Of a DNA stretch of 64,000 nucleotides, positions 12,250 through 25,000 are shown piece by piece. The position numbers and the translations under genes are program-made. How positions within the stretch are numbered: position 1 is the stretch's first letter; each line of letters opens with the position of its first letter. The notes beneath the pieces are model-generated. The model was given only the letters and a program-made list of their open reading frames with translations. It searched no databases and was not told the DNA's origin. This stretch comes from Podarcis muralis (lineage: Eukaryota). The stretch spans positions 11,346,001 to 11,410,000 of the forward strand of contig NC_135667.1 in the NCBI RefSeq assembly GCF_964188315.1, read 5' to 3'.

Positions 12250-12905
12250 TTTTCCACATTTAGCTTCATGGGATTTTCCTATGTTCAAGAATTATGAGAG
12301 AGGAGAAAAAAATTTCTCTATCCACTTTCACCACACCATACATAATCTAGTGCACCTATATAATGTCACCCCTTTCTCACCTTTCTCTGAACTAAAAAGT
12401 CCCAAATGTTTTAACTTTTTCTCATAGACGAGTTGATCTGATCACTTTTTTCCTGCTTTTTCTGAACCATTTCAAGATGTACAATATATCTTTTTAGATA
12501 CGGTGAGCAGAACTGTACACAGTATTCCATAATTGGTTTAATAGCATAATGATTTGCGTAGCTTTGTTTATAGTTCCTTAAGGCTTAAGTGAGGATTCCT
12601 AGCATGGAATTTGTCATTTCCAGTTTCTATACACCAGGTCAGCATTTTCAATGAGCTATTCATTACTGTCCCAGTATCTCATTTGTGGTCAATCACCCCC
12701 AGTTTAAAAACCACAGATTTGTAAGTGAAATTAAGGCTTTTTTGCCCAAAGGTACATCACTTCACAAACTGGACTGCACATCGGATTTGTCATTTTGCTG
12801 CCCATATATCCCATTGTGAAAGATCTCTTTTGAGCTCTTCACAATCCATTTCTTTTTTAAACACCCTGAAAAATTTGGTTGCATCAGCAAACTTGCCTGC
12901 TTCAC
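12250..12905 (-). mobile_element. Old CR1 LINE RT fragment in gene A intron 1
   Basis: Minus strand aagtttgctgatgcaaccaa encodes KFADATK (CR1 KFADDTKL); heavily degraded; homologous pieces at ~27770-28015 and ~38800-39370. Confidence 0.6.
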
Positions 12906-13753
12906 TGTCGGTTTTTTGCAACCCCCCCCCCTTCTCCTTCTCTTATGCAATTTTCTCTTTGCAGAATTGAATCACTAAATCTTAAGGATTCCTAATGTCC
13001 AAGTGAGTGGCTTGTATGCACAGATGTTTCTCATACAGTCTATCAAGTCTTTCAAATTAATACAGTCAATTGATTAATACAGTTTATTAATACAATTCTA
13101 AAACTACTCATTCAAAGCAAAGTATATTTCAGCCAAATATTGATATTTAACAAATGTATAAAATCATATTAATTACTATTTACTTACAGAGGGTTGTTAA
13201 TCAAGGCTTCAGAGGGGTGTATATTAAATAAAACATTGGGGAAGACGTAGCGGATATGAGATGCAATCCCACCAATGACAGGGTCACCTGGCTCATACCA
13301 CTCATGTGGAATAGGTACAGGATTAGTTGTGGTAAAATTAGCACTATGCACTTGGCACACCATGTTGGGGAAGAGCAGGAGAAGCAGCAGCAGGAAGGTT
13401 CTACACATGGACTCTTCTTTGCCTCTCTACAATATCATCATTATCATCAGCAGCCTGATTTGAACAGCATGGATTTGGAGGCAGCAGACTCTGCCAGTTC
13501 AGTGCTTAAAGGGACATGCATGCATCTTATCATTAAACACTGTTGCAAATACCTGCCTTGAATGGTAAATAAGATGATGTGATTTGATATATGACCTGTA
13601 CAATCACAGAGCCTGGCCTCTCTCTCCTGCATTATTCTAACTGTCTATGGGACACTGGGAGACTATAAACATTTCAGACTTGTTTGCTGATTCTCCCCTA
13701 CCTCACATTTTGCCTTCTGGAGCATTGGCAAGGTGACTTAATTATTGTCATTT

Positions 13754-13836
13754 TAATAATTGCAGGGGAGACAATCACTTGCAATTTTTTACAGACTCCA
13801 TGGCGAATCATCTTTGGCAGAACTGTCAAGTAAACA
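13754..13836 (-). promoter_or_regulatory. Conserved upstream block, gene A (candidate V2R proximal promoter)
   Basis: taataattgcaggggagac (13754-13772) and gtaaaca (13830-13836), ~350-430 bp 5' of the ATG; the same block precedes genes B, C and D. Confidence 0.5.
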
Positions 13837-14710
13837 TTTGTTGCCTCAGGCAATTCTCAATTAGGAAAAGTAAGATTTTCTAGTTTGCTAGGTAAATCAC
13901 TGAGATCAGATGCCAGCCTCGCAAACTGGCGCACGGCTGGCAGTGAGGTGTGAAGAGCCAAAGTCGAAGCTCCTCCTAAAATATGCACCTGGGTCCATCA
14001 TTCTTTAATTGAACCCTTGACCCTTCTGTGAATCCTCACCAACCCAAAAATATATATGGTAAAATGAACTTCAAGGAAAAAGCAGTCACTATACAATCCA
14101 AAACAGAAAAGCAAAACAGATGAAGAAGGGCTGATACCGAACTGCATCCATTTATAAATGGGACAAACCTCTACGAGTAGAGAAGAAAGAGAAAAAGAGC
14201 TATTACACAGTGGTACCACATATGGTTCATGTGCAGAGGGTCTGACATTCAATACCTAACATCTCCAGGTATTGCAGGAAGAGACCCCAGTCTGAAACCT
14301 TATAAAGCTGCTGTCCATCATTGTAGACAATATGGAACTAAATGCAGTACTGAATTGGTTCAGTATAAACTAGCTTCCCTTCCTTCTCCTCCCTCTGCAG
14401 CTTCCCATAGGAGGGTACCCATGGTGTGCAGGAGAAGCAGAGGAAGAAGAAATGAGGGGTGAGGGGAGAAAGACTTTCTGCTGGCTATCAGGCAATGGCT
14501 TTTCCTACCTGCCTTGCCCCACCCTTCAGCCCTAGGAGCCTTTCACAGACCATGACTTTAGGAACAGCAGAAGCAGACTTTCAGTCATTTGATGTTGCAT
14601 AGCACCCATAGTTTCATTCCTTCACACAGCCCCTATTCATTAACACCTCTATTATGTAGGTCTATTATGCTTGACCTACATTTTGTGTTTGTAACTGGAT
14701 AAGAAGTTGG

Positions 14711-15047
14711 ATGCGGGTGGCGCTGTGGGTTAAACCACTGAGCCTAGGACTTGCCGATCAGAAGGTCAGCGGTTCCAATCTCTGTGACAGGGTGAGCTCC
14801 TGTTGCTCGGTTCCTGCTCCTGCCAACCTAGCAGTTTGAAAGTGCAAGTAGATAAATAGGTAGCGCTCTGGCGAGAAGGAAAACGGCATTTCCATGTGCT
14901 GCTCTGGTTTGCCAGAAGCGGCTTAGTTATGCTGGCCACATGACCCGGAAGCTGTACGCCGGCTCCCTTGGCCAATAAAGTGAGATGAGCACTGCAACCC
15001 CAGAGTCGGTCACGACTGGAGCTAATGGTCAGGGTCCCTTTACCTTT
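14711..15047 (+). mobile_element. Sauria SINE, more diverged subfamily
   Basis: Head gcgggtggcgctgtgggttaaacc, tail ccctttacctt; TSD taagaagttgg (14700-14710 and 15048-15058). Confidence 0.88.
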
Positions 15048-16074
15048 TAAGAAGTTGGCCTAACCTGCAGTGTATCCTGGGTAATCACCCCCTTTGCCTA
15101 TTTCTTTTCCAACCCTCTCTAGCAAGTTGCTGTGTGACAGGGGCCTTAATAATTAAATGACTGTGTACATGACAAAGTGCAGTCAAGGAAGGTTATCTTA
15201 AAGAGAGTCCTCCTGAATGGATTTCCTACCTTAAGGAAGTTTTGGACACCCAACATGACCAGCTATTCTACTCATCCCACATTTAGGTATATATAGTTGA
15301 CTGAGGAATACTCTCTCCATAGGTTCGAACAAAATCTCAGGTTTTGAAATCTGCATTTAGTGATGTTTCCACTGCTAATATATTTCATTATCACCATCAC
15401 TGCAACTCAGCATTTTCAGTCATAAACCAAAACTGTGGGGAACAGTCCAGTTTGTGAGAGGTCATTTCTGGGCATTAGGTAATTTGGACCTATTCTCTGA
15501 GCTGTGCTCAGTTGACTCCAGCAAAAGATCTCACAAGGGAGTGTGTTTTAGGAGTTAGGTAGGTTGTGGACACACATGGGGATTCCAATTTACACTTTTA
15601 AGACCTCATGTTCCTAGATTGATACCAAGAACATATGTTAAACTACAAACACATCTCTCATTTACATATTTCTCTCTGTCAGTTACTCTCTATTGTTGGA
15701 TTCAGGCCTCGCAAATATAACATAGCTTTTTTATTTAGATTCTTAAATAATTCATATATCACTTAATCAAAGAACCCCAACAACTCTAATACTAATACTC
15801 TCTATTCTTCATTCATATTAGCTGTTTAATCAGAATAGCTACAGAGTAATGTTGATGTTTCTCTTTCAGAATTTTACCGACTTTTACTGAAGCTCAGAAG
15901 CTGAGGTGAACATTTGCCTCATTTGATCAGATTGGCCTCTTACAATAACATGCAACAAACAGAGCACAAAAAAGCTGAAATATTTTTATTTGGTCACATT
16001 GTCCTCATCCATTAACATTTTTGACGTTTCAGTGTTGAAAACTAAGAACAATCATGGAAGCATAAATTCTTATA

Positions 16075-19000
16075 TTATTTATATCTTTTTTGTATTAAAT
16101 GCTCTCTGGTGTTCAACTCAGGCCTCACTACAATAATGTAGCATTTGGGGAAAAAGATGCAAGCCAGTAATCCAGCACTAGAAGCCAAGATGGAGAAGAT
16201 CTCCACAGCCACCATGTATTTTCCTCTGGTGCTCAGGTAGGTGGGAATGAAGGAGAGCCAAACACTACAAAAGACCAGCATGCTGAAGGTGATGAACTTG
16301 GCTTCGTTGAAACTGTCTGGCAACTTCCTGGCTAGGAAGGCCACCGTGAAGCTGACAGTGGCCAGGAAGCCCATGTAGCCCAAAACACAGAAGAACATGA
16401 GGACTGAACCTTCATTACAAAGAAATATGATTTCTTCAGTCATTGACTGCATGTCCAAATCTGGAAAAGGGGGAAAAGTTGCCAGCCAAAGACCACAAAG
16501 CCCTACTTGAAGAATGGAGCCAGAGAGGATGATGGAATAAGCCAGTTTTTTGCCTATCCACTTCCTGATTGTGGATCCTGGCTTGGTAGCCATGAATGCC
16601 AAAACCACTGATATAGTTTTGGCCAAGATGCTAGAGAGGGCCACAGAGAAGACGATGCCAAAACTTGTTTGTCGGAGTGGGCAGGTTGCCTGCTTAGGTG
16701 TTCCAATGAACATCAAGGAGCATAGGAAACACAAGAGGAGGGAGATGAGGAGAATGTAAGTGAGGCTTCTGTTGTTGGCTTTAACTATGGCAGTGTCCTG
16801 GTGTTTAATAAAAATGCCCAACACTAGAACTGTGATCAGAGACAACAGTAGTGCCAAGAAAGTTGAAATGATGGCCAAAGTTTCATCAAAGCCCAGAAAG
16901 TTTAGTATCTTAGGAATGCAATTATCCTGGTCTTGGTTTGGATACTTATTTGCTGGGCAAGTGAAACATGTTTCCATGTCTGAAAAGACAAAATGAAATT
17001 ACGAAGAAAATTCTTAAGAATTTTTGTCACCAGGAGTTCAACTAGTTAATGTTCTTTACCAGAGTAGGTTTCAAAACTTCTAGTTCAAAGACTTTTGTTT
17101 GAGATATTTCAAAAATAGATCTCATGCATCAAATCTGGAATTTCTACATAGAGGACATCTCTATGTTTTAGTGGTCCTCCTCCTCTTTTTTGGAATCACA
17201 AGCTCCTCTGTAGTGAAAAGAGAGCAATATTACAGCTAAAATCTTCTGAACCGTGAGGGGTGCAATGAATGAGACATTCATTCTCTCCCCAAACTGCCTT
17301 CTTCTTAGAGGAGTGACCACCACTTCGATTCCATCACAATTTAGTAGAATTTGGATGTAAAATGTATTACCTTCCTTTCTAAATATTTTTTCTTCAGAAT
17401 GTTTTAAAGATTATATTGCAAACAATAAGAACAATTTAAAAATCCATTATTTAACCCTCCCCCACACCAGAATTTTAACGACAACAAAATTTTAAGGACC
17501 TCAGAGTTGACTAAAGAAATTGTGCAGTTTGGTCTATCGTAACATAACATTTCTCACCCCTTTCATTTGAGTACATCCCGCTGGGACATGCTTCACAATC
17601 ATAGCAACAAAATTTACTTCTCTCCTTCTTTTTCTTCTCGTAACCAGGATGGCAGTTGTCATTACATACTGACAGGGGTGGCACCTATCCAAAAATATTG
17701 GAAGATTTTTTTTTAAAAAAATGGTTGGGTGGTATTAACCTAACACCAGGTGATATATAAGGAATAGAAGGACCAATAGCGTGAAACATATGGTCCATAT
17801 TTGCACAGGTAGCACATACAATGGGATAAGAAGCAGCTGCATAGCATCATACAAACTCAAGAGGATTATAATGTTCATTTTAAGCCCAAGGAATGCTGTA
17901 ACAAGCTTAGCATTCTATCTGATGCCACTAACTGATGCCTCTCTTTCTTTTTTCTTTTCCTTCTCCTCCTGCAATGAGGCTACATTTTAATATTTTAATG
18001 TTCCATTATTTTAATGTTGTATTTTATTTTTGTTTTTAAGTTGTAATCATTCTTCTTGTTTTTATTATTGCTTGTAAGCCGCTCTGAGCCCGGCCTTGGC
18101 TGGGGAGGGCGGGGTATAAATAAAAAAAATATATTATTATTATTATTATTAACTGGAGATCTGCCTCACGTATTTCACACACTTTCTGATATCCATTGGT
18201 CCTTCTCAATGTTAGATGTCTTCTGAGCATGTTGCTCTTTTTTGTGTTGTGGTTCATTCGTTTATTTAATGATAGACCTTACAGTATTCCTTAAAGTATA
18301 TTGCTTATTCCTTGGTGGCTTACAAATATGCAATAAACAAAAATGGAATTTCTAAATCGTATACAATATAATATCACATACCAAGCAGAATGCAGTCAAC
18401 ATAAGCTGTTGGGTCTCTTAAACTAATGTGCAAGCATTTTCCCACAAGCAAAGCTAATGGTTCAAATAGAGATTCTCTCCATTAAAATACTATCCATCTA
18501 CATATTAATTTCCTCTTCTTAAAGTCTACTTTTCTCTCCCAGCAAACTTCACATTTAATCAGGTGCTAAGTGAAAAAACGCCTCCTTGTTTTCATTGCAT
18601 CTCATTTTATGTATGTTCCTATGTGATGCCAATAAAGGTTACTTGATTGAATGTTGGTATTTGAGAAATTAATTTCCTCACCTGAGTCAAGCCCCTGTGC
18701 CACTTAATCTGTCCATCATTAATGGTGAGCTCTTTCCCTGGAGGGGCCTGAGGATCCAGCCTTCCCACTTTGACCCTGATGTAGGATCTATTTGGGAAAG
18801 TGATCAAATTTGTAATATCAAAACCAGCTGCTAATTCTCCACATTCATTTAATGTAATTTCATCACCAACAGAGTTGTTGAATGAGATCTTCTGTAGGAA
18901 TGAGTGGAGCTAGGTGGAAAGAGAATCAAAAGGTCTATAAAGTATTAAAACATTCTGATTAAGATTGCTGAATAGCTTTTCTAGATGCATTCAAGCTCTT

Positions 19001-22000
19001 TATAACTAGGGGTTATAAAGTTTTGATTCAAAGTATAATTTGTGACAGTGTAGAATTGGCAGATCCATTCTTGTTTTCTGCAAATGAAGGAATTTATACC
19101 ACACACACCACATATGGAGGAAAAGTTACATGCTGTCATGTTAAAAGACTTCTTTTATGCCCCTTTTCCATTTCACTTTTTAATCAGTATTGTGTGATGA
19201 TATGTTCTTGCACAATTGGGACCGTTCAGGGACATAATAAAATATTTGCAATTGCTTCTCCAGACCAATATCTCACCTCTAGGAGGAAGATGGTCTAAGG
19301 ATCATATTTGGAGTGGACATGACAACTGAGGAGCTTTAAAAAGTTAATGTTATGACAAAACCTCCCAATGATTTATGTTCTGCTTAAGGAGCATAGCCTG
19401 CAACTCAGTAGGCATCTTCTTTTCGATTTGAAGAGGCCATTCAAAAGTCTCCATTACAGAAATCAGGTAGGATATGTTGAAGGAAATTCTTTGTAAGCAG
19501 GTATTTCACTTCCTGCTAAATCAAATGACTGCTGTCTCATTTTTGGCAAACCATTGCTATTCTAATCTATCACTTGAATACACTCAAAAGCAGATAAAAG
19601 AACTTTGGTCAGAAGAATCCATTGGAAGTGTTAAGTCTGGTGATAAATTGTTAAAATGAGCATGAACAGGATCTCTTTATTCACCTGGATAACAGGACAT
19701 TTTAGAAACAAATTTTCAGAGATTTTGAACAATCACTCTGAATATCAATATTTAACCTCAGTACCAGTTAATTGAGAAGTTGCAGTTTGTTATTCTTGGG
19801 CGCTGCCTCTACCCTTTGTGTTTTATTTGAGGTACATTGTGACCTGAAACATATTTTTTCAAAATTGGTATCATGGATAATTAGCTTTATCTAGTGCAAT
19901 GTCAAACTGCTCCACTGCCCCATTTCCCCAATGGCTCCCTTCTCCTCTGAAGAACAAAAGTGTATTTTTTTCTTGCTGCTATTGCTGGTTGTGGCAGTGC
20001 AGAGAAAGCTGGTGAAAAGTTTGCAAAGTTTGGTTGGGTGAGCTTGAAAGCGCTTAAGGAATTCAAAAAGGGAATGGAATTGCCTATTTCCTTTCTTATG
20101 TTAACATCACAAGGTGGCCAAGGGGAGAATGTGCTTTAATTTAATTTTCTTTCTCTTTTAGCTTATGGTACCTAAACGACTAAACAACAACCTTGTTGTG
20201 TACCAAATGCAATAATACGAGTAATTTTTCACTCACTGGATCATCACTTTGTCTTGGTGAGTGGGCCTGCACATTCCTATGACCCTTGTGAACAAAGCTG
20301 TCGGGAGTCTTGTACTCCCAGTAAAGTCACCCAAGCTGGTAAGGTCAAAGGGGAAGAGCTAGACAAAGAATGATCTAAGAAGTCCTCAGTGGCAGAACAG
20401 GTGGATGATAACAAGCAGTATGTTACAATGGCTGTGAAGGTGGATGAAGGCTGCAGCAGATAAGAATCTACCAGTCATCGTGATAACCATGCCATCGGAA
20501 TAAAGCATTCCTGTGAAGACTGTGGATTGGTCAGCGTGCACTGATCTACACACATAAAACAAATTCACACAGGCATCTTCCAAAAACCCATCCCAAACCC
20601 CAAAAGTCCCATGGCAATTGGCAAGTGGTAATGGGGGCAGGACCATGAAATCTGGAAACCCCTAGTCATGAACTGGCACATGGGTGGTGGATACAGATTC
20701 AGTCACTCTGACTCAAGGAATGAGGCAGTTGAGCAGCTCGGCAGCTGTACCCATGACTGAGCATCCCTATTTAGGATCCACTCTTCTCTCCCCAAAAAGG
20801 GGCTAGAAAAGGTGTCCTAAACATAGTCTGCCTCCCTTTTTCCCTGAGTGAATTACTGTGCCCAGTAGGGTCACCACCCAGCAGTCATAAAAGACAATTG
20901 AACTTTGGAACATGAAATATACGGACTTTGTCAGATAACACAGATAATGAATGTCCTGAATGCGGAACTGCATCATTGCAAGAGAGCTGCAACATTTTTA
21001 CATCGATACTGCAGCACTTCAAGAAACTCGAAGAGCAGGTGAGAGTCGACTGAAGGAAGAAAAAGGAGGAAACACATTCTTCTGGAAAGGTCTACCTGAG
21101 CAAGAACGTCGAATACATGGAGTAGGCTTTGCTATCAAAAACAATCTTGTGAAGCTCTTGTCAGAAGTCCCTACCAGCATTAATGAACAACTTTCAACCC
21201 TTCAAATAAAGCTCACAAAAAACCATCAGGCTACTATTCTAAGCACTTATGCATCAACACTGGATGCTGATGAAGACATTAAAGAAAATTTTTACTCTCA
21301 GCTGGATACCATCCTATCGGAGACGCCTAAGGAGGATAAAGTTATCCTCCTGGGTGATTATAATGCAAGAGTTGGGTGAGATTTCAATATGTGGCCTGGG
21401 ACTATTGGGGAAGAAGGAATTGGCAACAGCAACCAGAATGGAATTTTACTTTTGACGATATGTGCAGGGCACAACCTTGTTATTACCAACACACTCTTCC
21501 GACAAAAAAATAAATCTAAAACATATTGGAGACACCCTCGGTTAAGCCACTGGCACCTCTTTGACTATGTACCGGTAATTGTCCGACCTGAAGATCAATG
21601 CGATGTGCTCCTTACCAGAGCTATGACGAATGCCGATGACTGCTGGACAGATCACTGATTACTACACTCCACAATGGCTATCAAGGATAGGCAGGCTTCA
21701 AGGAAGGAAACCAAGGCACAAAATGAACACTCAAGTCCTTCAAGATCCTATTAAGCGGGATTGCTTCCAAGTGACTCTTAAGGACCATCTGCTTTTGGAA
21801 CTCCCTGATAACATCGAGGAACTCTGGGCCAAGCTAAAATCATCCATTATTGCAGCCTGTGAACAAACTATTGGATACCAAACCAAGAAACACCAGGACT
21901 GGTTTGATGAGAATGACAGTGAGATTGAATGCATGATTGACAAGAAAAGGAATGCCTTTCAGATCTGGCAGAGAGAGAGAAACTGTGCCACTAAGAAAAA

Positions 22001-25000
22001 AAAAATCTATGTCAAGGCTAAGGCTGAGGTTCAATGAAGAACCAGAGAACTAAAGAACACCTGGTAGATTAAAAAAGCTCAAGAGATCATTGTAAATCGT
22101 AATGCCTTGTGGACTCTCCTTCTGAAAATTGGCTGCCCAGATGAATTTGTGAACATCATTCAGCTTTTCCATGATAATATGACAGCAACAATCGCAGATA
22201 ACAATGGCCCTCAAAGTGAACCATTCACAGCGGGATCATGTGTTAAACAGGGTTGTGTTATCGCCCCAACTGTATTCATTATTTTCATTTCCATGATCCT
22301 ACACCTTGTTGAAGGGACACTCCCCTCCGGAGTAGAAATCATATGGAAACAGATGGAAAGATCTTAGCGGGCTGAAAGCAAAGAGTAAAGTTACCGTAAC
22401 TTCCATCATAGAGCTTCAGTATGCTGATGACAATGTAATGTGTGCACACTCAGAGGATGACCTACAAACCATCCTAAATATCTTTGCAGAAGTTTGGCCT
22501 ATCACTCAACTTACAAAAAACCAAAGTGCTGCACCAACAAGCGCAAAACAACCTCTCTGCAGCACCACAAATCCAACTCAATGGTGTAACATTGGAAAAT
22601 GTCAATCACTTCTCCTACCTGGGCAGTTATCTCTCCACCAGGGCCAACACTGATGTCTAAATCCAACATTGTCTGAGCTCTGCAAGTGCAGCTTTCTACC
22701 AATTGAAGTGTAGAGTGTTTGAGGGCCAGGACATTCACAGGGAAACCAAAATGCTTGTTTACAAAGCTATTGTTCTACCAACCTTACTGTATGCTTCTGA
22801 AACATGGACCACTTATAAACACCGTCTTGGGAGGACAGGTGAACTAAAGCAAAGATCACCAGTGTTGAAGCAAAGATTCTTCAACATCAACTTTGTTGGA
22901 CTGGTCATGTTGTCTTCCATGCCTGATCATTGTCTTCCAAAGCAACTACTCTATTCTGAATTTAAAAATGGAAAGCAAAATGCTGGTGGTCAACAAAAGA
23001 GGTTTAAAAACTCTCTCAAAGCAAATCTTTAAAAATGTTGTATAAACACCGACAACTGTGAAACACTGGCCTGCAAGACTTCAATTGGAGAACAGCCTTT
23101 ACCAAAGGTGTCATTGGTTTTGAAGACACTCAAGCTCAGGATGCAAGGGAGAAACGTGCCAAGAGGAAGGCATACTTGGCAAATCCACACCAAGATTAAT
23201 TCCCACCCGGAAACCAATATCCCCACCGTGGAAGGACGTGTGGATCCAGAATTGGCCTGCACAGTCACTTACGGACTCGGTGTTAAAACCATGTTTATGG
23301 AAGATAATCTTACTCAGCTATGAGTGATCTCTAAAGAAGAAGAGCAATAATACGACCGAAAGCAGGCCCAATTTCAATAGAAACTTGAATATGACTGTGT
23401 AGGTTCCACTTTTGGTTGAAAGTGATGTATGCGCCTGTGGGACTAGCTCCTCTCACATTGACCGATTCTTTTTACTCCAAGTGGAAAAAAACAGTTAAAT
23501 GATTTTTCCATCAGCGATATCCTAACCCAAGTAAATGATAAAGCAAAAATGAATATTTCACAGAGAATGAGAGATATCAAACTACAAAATCACTTAGCCC
23601 TACCTGATTTATATATTCCGTGCTCAGGACAAACAGATTGGTGCTGGTACTTCCCAAATATTTGACAAATTTGGCTATCCTCAAATTTAGAAGGACATTT
23701 ATGCAAGCTAGATTTCATGTCCTGCCTTCTGATTTATTGGAAGGCAGATATAGAAAGATTTTTCACGGCAAGCAGATCTATCCACGTAAGAGCGGTCAAG
23801 CAGAAACAGCAAACCATATTCTATTCCATTGTAGATTTTATTCAGATTTCAGAGCATCCCTCATAAACCTGCTTGTACAAAAAGTGCCAGGGAGGATAAA
23901 GGAATACTATTTAAATTACCTCCTGTCCAACCAGAATTCTTATGTCACCAGAAATGTAGCTAGATTTGTGCAATAGCCATAAGTAAAAGAAAGCAAAATA
24001 TCACACATCTGCATAAATCGTCATAAACTGGTACAGTTCTTAGTTAAATCTTTTATTATTTTAAACTCTTATGGTGTTTTATTCTACTGGACATGTATTT
24101 CAAGTACACTTAACCACTATATTGCTTGTTAAACCCCATACTGATCATTTTTATTGTTTATGTAGAGAATTATCCATAAATTTTGATTTAATATGCTAGC
24201 TGTTTGCCATAATAAACATTGATTGAGCTTATGGCATTATATCCCAGCAAATGTATTTAAACAATTATGCCACACCAAATTTGGTTTGAATTTCTGTTAC
24301 TATCCACTCCACAGTTACTACCAGCCCCCAAGCTTCAACAATTGTCTAATCAAATGCCACTTGAAATATAGGAACAGCATTCATTCCAACTCTTTAAATA
24401 TCTGCTGTTATTTAGCCACTATTTATAACTACCGTAAATACCAACTCACATAAAATATCAAGGCAGGGCACAATAGTGAACACTTTGTAAACCAAACTCT
24501 TTGTAACAGCAAACACTACCTTCCAAGGCTCTAGATTTTGAGGAGATCGTCTGCCTGCAGCCTCCATTCTTCTGTTGTTGGATCCAGCCAAGTGCCTATG
24601 TAAGGCATGTGCCAAAGCAGAGACAGCATTATAGATACTGTAGCTGTGGCTGGTCATGCTCATTTCAAAAAATGGCGCAGGAAGGCTCTCCAGCATTTCC
24701 TCTCCAGTACAAGGCTTAGCTTTGTATATTGACTTAGTAGAGTCTGTAAATGAACAACCGAATGCTTGTTCCCAGAAATCTGTGATAAAGCCATTTCCAT
24801 CTGCCAAGGAAGGATTTACATTCTGCAGAAAGTATTGGAAGTCATGAATTTCCTTGGAATGAATTGCAAAGGAGATAGCACCATGGAACATTTGTATATC
24901 AACATCAATTTTTTTTTGAAAAATATTTATTACGAAATCAATTTGAGCTGTGGTAATCCATACTTTCCCTTCAGGTAAGTTCTTTTTGGACTGAGCAAAT

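Larger units (their letters stand above)
2218..13408 (-). pseudogene. V2R gene A (vomeronasal type-2 receptor), probable pseudogene with a premature stop in exon 5
   Basis: Exons (all GT-AG): e1 13408-13188, e2 9779-9488, e3 9035-8148, e4 5506-5279, e5 3820-3694, e6 3119-2218; 2658 nt in frame. Signal peptide, Venus flytrap (VFT), cysteine-rich and 7TM ([16 protein letters not shown]) motifs are present. Exon 5 reads [13 protein letters not shown] (TGA at 3790-3788, TGC in gene B). Confidence 0.88.

Noticed and set aside
13256-13561. ~100-aa plus-strand ORF repeated at 28349-28651 (and a related one at 39727)
   Set aside because: It is antisense to exon 1 and the 5' flank; its conservation is explained by the duplicated V2R sequence.
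13843-13851. Perfect AP-2-type site GCCTCAGGC upstream of gene A
   Set aside because: Not conserved upstream of B, C or D; a single 9-mer is weak evidence.
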